This document shows positions 25,996 through 37,554 of a stretch of DNA of 64,000 bases, piece by piece (within the stretch, counting starts at the first letter, position 1; each line of letters begins with the position of its first letter). Made by a program: the position numbers and the translations under genes. The stretch comes from Centroscyllium fabricii (taxonomy: Eukaryota). A model generated the notes under the pieces. That model saw nothing but the letters and a program-made list of their open reading frames with translations. It was not told the origin of the DNA and made no database searches. Location of the stretch: the NCBI GenBank assembly GCA_051313645.2, contig JBNRSN020000010.1, forward strand, positions 68,324,001 to 68,388,000. The letters are read 5' to 3'.

Positions 25996-26483
25996 TATTA
26001 TATAAATTGATAGCACGGCATAATGTAAGGTTCAGTCTCTGTGTATGGGGGTTGGATGGAGATTCTCAGTCCTAAGACCCAGGGCTTTACACGTAGAATT
26101 ACTCAATGGGCATTTCATAATGAAATTACCAATCACAGCGCCATCTACGGGCATAACTGGTACTGCCGGCAATGCTGACACTTTTAGGATGCATTTTCCT
26201 GTTGGGATGATGTGACATCGGATTTTTCAATAATTTTGAAATGGAATGTTCTGACCCACTCAGTGACTTTAATATCTAACTGTTTGAAATCTAAACTTTG
26301 GAAGGTCAATATGTTTGCATAACGCTGCTTCACAGAGCTCTCTGACACTGTCTCATCTGCTGAGACATTAAGCTTGTTATGATTTTTCTGGTTTATATTG
26401 TGGTAAATTCTCCATGTTGACTTGCCTAAGCTCTGTAATCATTAAAAAGTGAATATCCAGGTAAGTTTATTGAGGACTTCTGC

Positions 26484-26740
26484 AACAACAACAACAGCAA
26501 CAACTTGTATTTATATAGCGCCAAGGCGCTGCACAGGAGTATTTTAAGACAAAAAAATTGACACCAATCCACATAAGGAGAAATTAGGGCAGATGGCCGA
26601 AAGAGGAAAGAGAGGTAGAGAGGCGGACAGGTTTAGGCAAGGAATTCCAGAGCTTAGGGCCTAGGTAACTGAAGGCACGGCCACCAAAGGTTGAGCGATT
26701 ATAATCAGGGATGCTCAGGAGGGCAGAATTAGAGGACTGG
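26484..26740 (-). mobile_element. L2-clade LINE 3' fragment
   Basis: Encodes TFGGRAFSYLGPKLWNSLP, followed by a 3' UTR and (GTT)n tail. Confidence 0.75.
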
Positions 26741-28394
26741 TGGAAGTAGGTTTTACAAAAGATTGTTATGACCTGCCTGTTTAACAATCCTGATAATCAG
26801 ACTAAATAGTCTGTGATTTAAAAAAAATCCTGTTTAATGTGCCAAACTTTATAGATGTACAAATGTTTATAAATATATATGTGTGTGTGTATGTATTAAA
26901 TACTTTGTGATATATTGTGACTTTGTTAAGTGTATTCACTGCAACATGAATCTCACATCTTTTAGATATGGTTGATGAATTGTTCGATTGGCTTGGTTAT
27001 AACACTCCATTATAATGCAGCTAAATGGAGGTCAGAATAATAAGAATTTCTAGGTCTGCTGTTGAACTTTTGCTTCAAATGAAGTCCTGCCAATCAATGA
27101 TTTCCTTGCTGCTGCTGTACGGTGAGGCATTTTCTGATGTTGACATGATGGTGTTTATTCTCAGCCTTACCCCTAGTCTTTTGTGACATTGCAACTTTGT
27201 GTTAAGCATTTTCCCAGGGTTACCAACAGTTCTTGTCCTAGCCTGCACCTTGATTGTACCACTCGTTCCCATCCTGGATTTAATCTCTGCTGTGCTTAAC
27301 ACTCTGGTCGCTGCTGTTTATCTTTCCTCTTAACGCCCTGTATTCTGAATACAGATCAAATCCTGCAATAAAGCCCAGATTACAGTAGTTTAACCCAGGG
27401 TGACAGTGACAACTACTTAACTCCAGGTGCAAATATGGTCATGTGCAAATCTACATATATACAAATAAACAAAACGTACGAGATTTTTGTGAAGAGTGTG
27501 GGAACTAGACTTAGCTCTTCTGGAAAATATTTAAGCTCTGCCTGCATTTAATTAGCATATATGAAACTATCGGTTTAGCTGCTGGCTCTTGCTATTGTGG
27601 CTAAGTTAAAAGGTCGTGTGCTAGTATTATTTTTATTTGTGTCTGACTGGGCCAAAGCTTCTGTGCCATGCTGCAGTAACAGAGTAATGTTGTTTTTTCC
27701 TTTCCTTCGTTTAAACCTGCCCAGGAACATATTTTCTGTGGTAGACAGAAGCTTTTTATTGCACTCACTTCTATTTTCTTTTGTTTCATAACTTTTTATG
27801 AAATTTTGTTCATGTATCAAACCTCAAATATTCAGAAAAAAAGCAGGATTGATTTATTTTTGGACAAGAATTCCTAGAATATGATGCAAAGAAAACTTGC
27901 TGGAGACAATTCTGAAGCTGTGAGGAAAATTATAAAATTATTCCTCACCTTGTATCGAGAACTCCCCCCACCTCCCACCGCACCCCCACCCCCACCAATT
28001 CGTGACTTCCACAGCTATGCTTGACAGATGAAAACAGCTGGCTAAGCTAAAGCCATGGACATCAGGTGACCTTAACTCTTCTGGTTATGGCGGAATTCCC
28101 TTGTAATGCACACTTTTATTTTCACTATTTTCGTGCTCCTGGCCTTTGCCAAATTTCTCCATGCTACTGTACAATCCAGACAAAATATAGCATATTGGCC
28201 AATATCAATACAGTCTTTCCTGGAGCTGAAGTGACATTCCGTTTGAACTAGTAGAAAGCACACGCATGACGATGATTAATGTGGATGAGTTGGTGTTCTT
28301 GAGTCATGCGGAATGAGCCAGAAGATGGGCGATCTCACAGAGACATGATATATTCCACAAGTTTCCCCCATACTATACAGTTAGGAAATGAAGT

Positions 28395-30044
28395 TGTAAA
28401 ATTCGCAATTACCGCGATTCAATAACCACAGGAGAAGCCAGTTTAATTGAACATTTTATTAGACAAAATGGCTGCAACATAGAAAAGGGCTGCTGCTCTT
28501 TGAAAGAGAGAGAGAGAGAGGGGCCTCTAAGATGGCCGCCAGACCTCGTGACCAACCGACCAGAACTTTCCAGTACATTTCCCGAATTCCAGTAACTGCT
28601 GTCCAGACAGCATTATGTATTGGCTTTGCAAAAGCCCGCGAAAACCCACCAGCGCCCAGACATGTAGGCGCTGAGGAATGACACTTCTTTTAAGATTAAA
28701 CAAAGTCCTACCCGAAACCGATCGCCTGGCCCGTTTAGCCAGACAATGGGGTACATTTTAACAAGTTTAAATATAACACTGCCAGAAACCGATTGACTGG
28801 CCCGGTTAGCCAGACAATAAAACATCACTATCTTTCAGCAGCAAGGCCATCCAGCCCCATCAGTACACCATTAGCATAACTACCCGACAAAGGAAAAACA
28901 CTTCACGGGTAGTTGGGACCGTTCTCGGGCAATCCCGGAACGAGTTAATGGACAAAGGAGGTTTCAGAGCCATCACTTTTACAAAGACTTATCATGATTT
29001 GGGCGGGAGATAAGGCCACATTTTCAATAATATAATAAGACTACAGAGTCCAGGCAGTCAGTTCATGTTCCAGTTCAGTTCGTTCGAGTACGCAGTTTCA
29101 GAGACGCAGTTCGGGGAGCGAGTGTTCCAGAGATCAGCCCGGCAGTTGAGTTGAGTTCGGGACGGGGCAGTGCAGCCCGACGGGACGATCTAGCGAACGG
29201 AGAGAGAGCGGGTCGGAGGAGAGCGAGACGAGTGTTCGCTAGAGGCAGACAGTCACAGATCGGCTCGATAGTGCAGGCCGGCTCGACACAGGGCCCGGTT
29301 CAGCGAGGAAGACAGCGCAGTCCAGTGCGCCACACGGCAGACAGTTGAGTTCCCGAAGGAAGGTAGAGAAAGAAGGCCGGTTTCAACGCAGGATGGCCTT
29401 TCTTGTGAATTTCACCGACTACTACACGACAAGAGCGTGTCCCCGCATCTTGTGAAACCTGCCCGGGGCCAGCCCGAGCAGAGCCAACCGCCACCACGAG
29501 GGAGAAGTAAACAAGTGATCTCCCGAAGCTTCCACAGCCACGTGACAACCAGAGCTGCAACGGAAAACACGAACCTCGTTGCAAAACCCCGAGTTTAGCC
29601 GACGGGTGAGCATGTTTCCCGATCCTACACACCTGGACATAGTTTAGGCAATAGAGGGAAGGGTGATTTTTAATAGGGTAATCAGTAATGTATTGCCCCT
29701 TTTCGATGTGTCGTGTGTTCCCCGTTTGCGAAGGAAACAGTTTTATAGAGGTTTATATTTTATGATATTGTCGTTCAAGTACAGAACATGTATGTCCTAA
29801 CATGATCATGTATTTTATTATGGTGATTGCAGCGCAATAAAGATTCATTTAAACTTTTGTCCAAGCCAAGTCTGATCGAGTCCTTTCTCTGCATTACTCC
29901 TCCCTGCACCTAAGTCCAGCGTATAGAACCGTAAGGGTGAGTGGGTCGAACCACTCACGGGTGATCATTGCGTGAGGCCTGGCCGGAGACCAGAGCAAGG
30001 CAATAGGACCCTAGGTCGCGAAAGCACGGCGCAAACCCCTTACA
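28395..30044 (+). mobile_element. Probable ~1.65-kb solo LTR
   Basis: TGTAA...TTACA termini flanked by AGT on both sides, a TATA-like TATATAA near 29029, a CpG-rich middle, AATAAA near 29836 and no credible ORF. Confidence 0.55.
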
Positions 30045-30479
30045 AGTATTCAGGAAAATCTGTGATTGTATTCCAAATTTCCACACCTTTCTTGATTTCA
30101 CACCCTTTTGAATATTGTAGGGATTCTGTTTGTGACCAAAAGTCTGTTAACTGTTGGTGTTGGAGGTTAGCTTTCTTGTCATTACTGTCATGTGGTTGCC
30201 AGTTTACAGGGTATAATGGCATTATAAAAGGGATGGAGACCCACAGTGCCCTTTTGCACGCGACATGTCTTTCCAGTGGACAATTGGGCAGACATGTGAA
30301 GCTCCCACACGCTTGGGAATAATGTGCTAATGACACAGAAGTGATGCAATACCACCTTCCATGGCATTTTCTCTTGTTTATCTTCAGTACATCCTATTTC
30401 TAATTACTCCTTGTACAAAGTGAGCTTTAGAGTTGCTAGGCTGGGCCTTTAGTTTCTGTGCGTGTTTTGGTCAGATCTT

Positions 30480-31220
30480 CAGCCTTTTTAAGCCAGGGAG
30501 GTGATGACAGAGTTGTGCAACATGCTTCAGGATGACCTCCAGCTGAACTCCAGGCCAGGCAGTGCCAGTAACTCTGAAAGTCTCTGTGGACCTGAACCTC
30601 TTTTTTGCCTCAGGCCCTTTCCAAGCTGAGAGGAATGCATAGAGCAGAGAACTGGTCTCTTGTTTGCAGCAGCAAGCCATCCCATAATTCCTCCTGTGGG
30701 TAACAGTGGAAGAAACTCAACAGGAAGGAGACCTAGGCAACTTTCAACTGGCAGGATTTCCTAAAGTTCAGGGTGTGATTGATTGCATGCTTGTCGCCCA
30801 ATGTACACCTGCTATTTACGTGAACCACAAGGACTTTTTAATCTATATATAGCTTGTCTGTGGCCACGCGAACAGGTTAACATAGGTGAATAAACATTTC
30901 CCCAACAGCAGCCGCGACGCCATTGTTTTATGGCGGTACACAATTACCTTATTATTCACTACCATCTAGAAGATGCAGGGTTGGATCCTGGGAGTACCGG
31001 CTACACCTCTGACCCATGTCCTCTCTGTGTGGCATCCACAGATGGCAATGAAGGAGGGGTACAATGAGGCCCTGTGCCTTCACCAGAGCCATCATATAAT
31101 AATAATAAATTCAGCAGCGATTCTGATGCCTCGACAGGTCAGTAATCGTCCTCCAGTACAGCCCATGGCCAGGATCATGATTGAGTGCTGCATGCTGCAC
31201 AATTTCACCATTCAATGAGG
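30480..31220 (+). pseudogene. PIF/Harbinger transposase remnant
   Basis: AGFPKVQGVIDC near 30750-30790 and IECCMLHNF at the end; heavily decayed. Confidence 0.7.
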
Positions 31221-32794
31221 TATTCCTGCGGAGTAGCCGAAGAAAGTGAAGGAGGTCTCTGAAAAGTGTTGCTGAGAAACCAGAGGATGTCGCAGCACAA
31301 GCACCTTTGCCAGCCACAAGAGATATTCGGAGGACTCTCATGCAGAGTATTTTATTTTTAATAAACCCTTCCACCCTTTTGCATAAAGTTTCCCCCCATC
31401 TTTCCACAACCAGCCTTGAGATTTGTACAACCAGCCCATTCCTCTGAACTGCACATTTCACTCCCATAGCCATAGAAGTGCACTTGCTGGCCCGCAATCA
31501 CAGCTCAGTGACCCCTGATTCCATTGCTTCCCCATGCTGAAGGTTTGTGCTTCTTCTCGGTGCATCCCCTTGTGGCTGGAACCTGTGAGATGCCTGGCAG
31601 TTGTTTCTGATCCATGAAAGTGAATCAGGGAGTGCAAAATGCTGATGTTGGCTGCCAAAAGTATTCCTTCACTGTGACCAGTGCCAAAACTGCCTAAGAA
31701 TGCAAATAGGAACAAATGATAGGAAGTACAAAAAGAGGGTAGATTTTCCTCTGCATTGTGCTTGGAGAACTGACATTCCCTGCTCACAGGGCAGAGGATA
31801 ACGGGGCAGAGACTCGTCAGGGCTCTGCTTCATTGCGCTACCCTGGAATTTTCTAAGGCTTTTCGACAAAGCCTACTGGACCTTTTCCTTGAATAGGCAC
31901 AGGCCCAGTAAGAAGGTGGAGGGGCAGCTATTTTATTAAGGTGGTAATGGTCCTTCCGAGCCTCCTGCCTCATTTTCAGAGGACTGTGATAGGTTAGCAC
32001 CCCTGTGGAGGGACGTAAGAAGCGTCTTCCCCTGATACCCCACAGACATTTTGTTTAAGGTTGAATTAGATTCTGTGCACACGCTAAATTCCATGGCTGC
32101 AGAGGAGTGAATGAAGGGGAGAGTAAACGACCCTAAACTGGTGGCGCCACACTACAAATTGCAACATCCTTCCAATCACTTATATACCTTGACCTACTCT
32201 TTACACGGATGAGGGAACCTCACCATATTTTATACATTCTGGTGGGTCAGAGACAGAGATTCCTGGCGGCACAATCCCGGCACTTAAACTGATACCAAAG
32301 GTCTGCAAATTTCTGGCCTGTGTTTGTGTGTGTGTGCAAACATGCACAAAGTGAAGCCAAGAACAAGAAGGAGAGAAAATAAATCAAATGGTGTTTTTAA
32401 TAAATAAATGAGAATTAAATCATGACATCTTCGGTGAGTTTCTATTTGAATCACTCAACATAGAGTCATAGTCCTCAATGTTCCTTGAGCCGTCAGGCAG
32501 GCTTTTCGGCAGCCGGGGAGGCAAAATAGCAAAAGTGGAGGGTCGGGACCCCTTCCGCTGGATTCCCCACACATCGCCTCCCACCGGATTCCCCACACAT
32601 CGTGATTTTCCCCCTGCCGTGTCTGTTCGACCCGTTTCAGTCCCGCCCGTGACCGGCGGGAATGGTCTTTAGGCACCTTAATCACCATTAATTGGCACCT
32701 ATAATGCCATTTTAGGGGGCCCTTGCAATTTTCAGCCTTTTCCACACAAAACCCGGCAGTTGGAAACCCCGCCGGTGATACCTGGCGGGGGCAT

Positions 32795-34046
32795 TGCGAC
32801 GGTTTACTGCAACCTGCCTCATCCAGGAACTGCCCCTAAATAAGTTGACTTCCTATTTCACCGCGCTGCTCTAAACAGTCATTGATCCAATGGTCAGAAG
32901 TTATTCTATATTGAACTAGGCTATATATCCCTTCTATAAGAACAGGGTTCTTTCAGTAAGTCACTGATTTCTATCCGACTTAGGGTCTGTAGGTTAAAAC
33001 CGTAAGAAGAACCTGCTATGGTCCTGAATCGAGATGAGTGCTTAGTGCCGAATGCGGTCTATTTTGCTAACTTAAAAGTATTTGAATCAAGACTGGTTGT
33101 TGGATATAAATGGTTCAAGAGATCTTGAATTATTTATTTTCTTTTAACATTTGCATTTTAGTTCGGTCATATATATATTTAGATTGTTACAAGGTTATAC
33201 TTTATCACAGAAAATAATGTAATAATTAATAACAGTAGTACAGCAAACCAACATAAAAGTTTTTCATCTCACCAACGTCAGGTGCTTTTCGGATTGGAAG
33301 CTAAACCATCGATCAAACAACAAGCCTGTATGTTTGAGAGGAAAGCTGCATTCACTCGAACTCTGGAAACAGCTTAGAAGCTGGAGTCAATTCGATCGAT
33401 CGATTTGACTAGCTATTTAGCTGGAGCCAGCCTGATCTTGATGGCTGACTAACTTTCTGTCTGAATTGGGCTGCTTTTTATACACATAAATTGCTGAATT
33501 GCAATACGTCATGCCCCCTATCTGTGGGGGGGGGGGGTCAGTTAGACACGTGGTCAATTTTTAACTTCTTTATAATATATATTTCTTTACCTTTCAAAAA
33601 CTAACTGACCTTTTGGTCATGGATTACTTCGGCCATTTTCTTAACAAGGTGTTTCCTGTTTTTGTTACAATGATATCTAAAAATTGTTAGGTCAGATCAT
33701 CACTTTCTGGGAACTGGACTTTGTGGTCAGTTGTTTTTCATACTGCGATCCTTAGGAGATAGGCCAGACTTTTCATAATGAAACTCCAGTATCCTGCCTT
33801 TCCATCTCTCAAAATAGTTCTAATCTTGTGGTCAAGCTTTCTACGCCTTCAGAGACCCACCATCTGCTCTCAAAAGGGAACTTTAGGCAATTATCATTCA
33901 AGTTAATTTGACAGGCTTTCATTCTGCATTCTAAGCAGTTTGTTTCTTTAAAAAGACATTCTAAATCAGCCCTTTTTTTCTACAAAGTTTGGAAAGTACA
34001 TTTAATCAATCTTATAGCTGCGAGAAATTAAACAATTACCGCCACA
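32795..34046 (-). repeat. 3' LTR of the foamy provirus (1252 bp)
   Basis: Near-identical to 47366-48624 (about 10 substitutions by eye plus a poly-G length difference). Preceded on the minus strand by the purine tract GAGGGGGG. AATAAA at 33133-33138 (minus). Confidence 0.96.
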
Positions 34047-34071
34047 CCCCCCTCATGGACTTTTCAAATCT

Positions 34072-34476
34072 CTATCTCAAGCTTCCCATCGTATTTTTTC
34101 TTAACTTTACATACACAAGAATCCATAATATAATCATACACACAATTAGTATGTTACATAGTGATAATAGACTAACAAGGGTCCATCCCATAATCATCTC
34201 GGTGTGATCCAGATTCCGGGTCGTATTTTCTGGTTTCTTTAACAGTTTCCATCCTAGGACAAGTCCTATTACTGACATAACTAATACCCAAATTATTACT
34301 GTTAAAGTCATCCATATTTTACATTTCCACAACTTTTTTAATGTCCATCTTCTAAATGGGTCATGGCTTCGTTTTGATTTCTTTTGTTTCTCCTTTAATC
34401 TTTTATTTCGTCTGGGATGTCCATCTGGCATCTTGTGCTTTGGATTAAGCTTTCTTTCTATAAAGGAAGGGTACAT
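34072..34476 (-). CDS. Accessory ORF, 134 aa, basic N-terminus plus two transmembrane helices
   Basis: RRNKRLKEKQKKSKR tract, two ~22-aa hydrophobic segments with an NTT sequon between them. Ends just before the PPT. Confidence 0.75.
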   Translation of the reverse strand: MYPSFIERKLNPKHKMPDGHPRRNKRLKEKQKKSKRSHDPFRRWTLKKLWKCKIWMTLTVIIWVLVMSVIGLVLGWKLLKKPENTTRNLDHTEMIMGWTLVSLLSLCNILIVCMIILWILVYVKLRKNTMGSLR

Positions 34477-34514
34477 AAGTTAGACTGATACTCCTAAGAG
34501 GATCAGGACTCATT

Positions 34515-36272
34515 TTACTGGCATTGTCCGGTATCTCCACTATGATTCCATTCGTCATAATATTCATCATCAGCTTCATCTTCCGATATTGATTCCAACA
34601 TGGCTAATCGTAACCACAAGGGTGTTGATGTAGAACCTCCAGTGGGGTACATAGTCATGTATTCTTCCTTTGTGAAGATATCTTCTCCTCCGTTAGCTTC
34701 ATCTCCATCTTCCTCTGAGTTTTCATAGGAAGTGTCAAATTCTTCTTTCTTCCAGTAGTATTTTTCTCGATTAGTTGTTTCCTGAGTATTTTCCCAGGTG
34801 GGAATCCAGGAAGGGTAAAAACATTCTTCCATCTCTACTTCTTCTCCGAGAGATTTCTGTTTAGTTTGTCTTTCTTCTTTCCATTTGTTAAATGGGGTTG
34901 TGATATAGGCTCCTTCTGCCCACCATATGTTTTTCAATGGTTCTTCTCTATCTTTAGAGTATCCTGTGACTCTGTTCTTTTCTTCATCTGTTAGGTCTAC
35001 ACTTTCCCATGTAGCCATTGTTATTCGATTTTTTCCTTGTCGACTCATTTCTAATTCAAAGTGATTTCTGAAGGTGTGGCTTGGTTCATTATCTTTTTCA
35101 GGACAGGGTATGTCTGTATTTATATCTTGTACCAATTTTGTCATGCCTGCTGTCAGCGGTATTGTCCATTTTTCTGGTTCATCACACAACCATTTTAAGG
35201 TTGTCAGTAGCTGAGGGTTTAATCCATGGCAATATTCCAGGGGTCTGCCTCTTTCTAGAGGTCCCAATAGGCTGAGAAATAGGGCCATTTGTTGTCCTTT
35301 TCTTTCTTCCATTATGGTAAATACTTCTCCTGCACAAGTGTGTTTTTCTCCTTCGCTTAAATCTTTTTCTTCTTCTACTGAAGCGGTTATCATAGCAAAT
35401 GATGGCCAGCATATAATATTGGGCCAAAAATGTTCTGGTTTAAGGAATATTTCTCTAATTCCTTTACATATGTCTGTCCATGTAAAACCTGTTTGTAGGT
35501 TATTATTTCTTCCCCAGATTAGTTGGCATAGTGATTTTAGTTGGTCATTTTTCCATTCTTCTATTTCTTTATCCAGTACTCCTGTTTTCGGAGCGCGTTT
35601 TGTAAAATTACTTTTTGCGTGGCTGCTGTCCCAATGATCTAGTGTATAGATTATTTTTATTCTTAAGATTATTCCTGCCTTCTTTCCTATCCTCTTACAT
35701 TTGTTGCAGCACGGTGTTTGGTTTTTGTTTGAGGTATAGCATAAGACACATTGATTTGCGTGTCCTGTTTCGTGGTATTTTATGCATACAGTTCCTGGTA
35801 CCTCCTGATTCATTGTCCACATGGTACGGGTATAGATCATTCTACATCCTCGAGCCTCGGTGATTATTTGTCTCATTAGGCCATGTTTTGCAAAAGGTAC
35901 TGTTAATGTTTCAGGAGTTGATTTTCTAGTCATTAAAGTGACTATAGTAGTTATGGGTTTATCATTGTCTATTGGTTCTTGCCATTCTGCATCTATGAAG
36001 GCCGGGTTGTGTTCTTTTTGATTATTTCTTACAACCGTGTTATCGGTTTCCTCAGTTCGGGTGAGCCATCCCTCCTTGGTCCATCCTCCTGAGGGTAGGG
36101 TGGTGGAGCGGTTGGTCCCTGAATCTGATGTACTTGTTTCAGTTTGGGATTTTTCGCTTTCCCGGTTACCAGGTAGATAACTCCTTCTACTTCCAGAAGG
36201 CCTGGTAGTTCCTGATCGTTGTTGAAGTGAGGGGAACGAGTGAAGGCTATAGCTGAGCTGCAGGTGGGACAT
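34515..36272 (-). CDS. Accessory ORF, 585 aa, Cys/His cluster and acidic C-terminus (candidate transactivator/Bet-like)
   Basis: Long open frame in viral sense with CIKYHETGHANQCVLC...CCNKC and an acidic-aromatic tail. Confidence 0.85.
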   Translation of the reverse strand: MSHLQLSYSLHSFPSLQQRSGTTRPSGSRRSYLPGNRESEKSQTETSTSDSGTNRSTTLPSGGWTKEGWLTRTEETDNTVVRNNQKEHNPAFIDAEWQEPIDNDKPITTIVTLMTRKSTPETLTVPFAKHGLMRQIITEARGCRMIYTRTMWTMNQEVPGTVCIKYHETGHANQCVLCYTSNKNQTPCCNKCKRIGKKAGIILRIKIIYTLDHWDSSHAKSNFTKRAPKTGVLDKEIEEWKNDQLKSLCQLIWGRNNNLQTGFTWTDICKGIREIFLKPEHFWPNIICWPSFAMITASVEEEKDLSEGEKHTCAGEVFTIMEERKGQQMALFLSLLGPLERGRPLEYCHGLNPQLLTTLKWLCDEPEKWTIPLTAGMTKLVQDINTDIPCPEKDNEPSHTFRNHFELEMSRQGKNRITMATWESVDLTDEEKNRVTGYSKDREEPLKNIWWAEGAYITTPFNKWKEERQTKQKSLGEEVEMEECFYPSWIPTWENTQETTNREKYYWKKEEFDTSYENSEEDGDEANGGEDIFTKEEYMTMYPTGGSTSTPLWLRLAMLESISEDEADDEYYDEWNHSGDTGQCQ

Positions 36273-37039
36273 TTTTCCGAAGTTTTTGGCGCTTTCACTC
36301 GAGGTGGGACTACGATTTTTTCAGCCGATAAGGTTTTTAAATAAAATCTAATAAAGTATAATATAAAAATACCAAGTGAAATTGTACATACTAGTCTTCC
36401 TGGTATAGTCCTTTCCCATCCTAGGAACAAAAGTCCTAAGATGTATATTCCTATCACGGCTTGTAATATGGCATTATACCTAGGTCGGTTTTCTTTATTA
36501 TGTAACATTAAAAACTTTTGTTTGTTACAGTAGGACTTGTAAGCCAGGTTTATCAATATCCATGTAAAAAACATAGCCGTGGGTATCCCATAGTCTAAGT
36601 ATTTCTTTGCTTCTGTTTCCATAAGCCACAAACTTTGTGATGTTACAGTAACTAGGCAAATTACGAGGGATATGATAAACTGCCATCTTCCTAAGAAGGT
36701 ATCTGTTTGTGTTTTATATTGTCCGTATGAGAATTGATAACTGAGGGTAATCATAAAAGGAAAGGCTGCATGATATCCTGCTTGAGTCCAGTTATGAATA
36801 TGGTTGTGGTTTCTAACAGCGGTTGTTAGGTTTTGTAGGGTTTCTCCCCCCTCACCACTGTTATAAGCCACAAATGCCTCTAAAGCAGTCAAAATACAAA
36901 GCGGTAGTGCCATCATAACGTAATATGGGCCTCCCGATTTTCTTAGTCGTTTAAATTTTAGCCTGAGCACTACGATGATTATGACCATGATAAATAATGT
37001 GTAATTAACGACACATCCCCAGTATCCTTTGATTCCCAT
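36029..37039 (-). CDS. Accessory ORF, 336 aa, predicted seven-pass membrane protein with PTAPPPY tail motif
   Basis: Seven hydrophobic segments in aa ~5-232 and a polar tail with CPTC and PTAPPPY (36095-36115). Confidence 0.85.
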   Translation of the reverse strand: MGIKGYWGCVVNYTLFIMVIIIVVLRLKFKRLRKSGGPYYVMMALPLCILTALEAFVAYNSGEGGETLQNLTTAVRNHNHIHNWTQAGYHAAFPFMITLSYQFSYGQYKTQTDTFLGRWQFIISLVICLVTVTSQSLWLMETEAKKYLDYGIPTAMFFTWILINLAYKSYCNKQKFLMLHNKENRPRYNAILQAVIGIYILGLLFLGWERTIPGRLVCTISLGIFILYFIRFYLKTLSAEKIVVPPRVKAPKTSEKCPTCSSAIAFTRSPHFNNDQELPGLLEVEGVIYLVTGKAKNPKLKQVHQIQGPTAPPPYPQEDGPRRDGSPELRKPITRL

Positions 37040-37077
37040 CGTCTGTTGTTCCTATAATGATAAAAATAAGTTTTATT

Positions 37078-37554
37078 TTACAGATTCAATAAATCGTCCA
37101 ATGTAGGAGCATAAGAAGGTTCATATGTGAACTCTTGATTCCATTCAAAGGTGAAATTCACAGGTTCTGATATGAATTTTTCTTCTATTTTGTTTCGGTA
37201 CTTCTGGTTCTTTACATTGAACTTTTTCCAGTTTATTTGCCCCTTGGTTAATGCAAGAGGTGGTTTCTGAGGTGGAAACAGTGTTTTCCATTAGCATTCT
37301 TTTTGGTGAGACCCACGTCATCAAATTTGGGCTAAATTTTGCAGTATTGAGTGGGATCCCATCAAAGGTTTGATAAGTGCCGGAAATCCGGTTTTTTCAC
37401 TTATTTGAAAGTCAAAAGCTTGTGATTTTGATAATGTTGATGCGGCCAATTGATACATAATGATTTCATTTCTTTATTCAGGGTGTTGGTCAATTTCCTT
37501 TAGGGCTTGTTTTTGACATGTGTCACTGAATTGGTGATTTCTGAGCGAATTCAT
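37078..37554 (-). pseudogene. Decayed 158-codon accessory ORF immediately after env
   Basis: The ATG overlaps the env stop (ATGA). One frame runs to TAA at 37078 with four internal stops and ends APTLDDLLNL (hand-translated). Confidence 0.55.
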
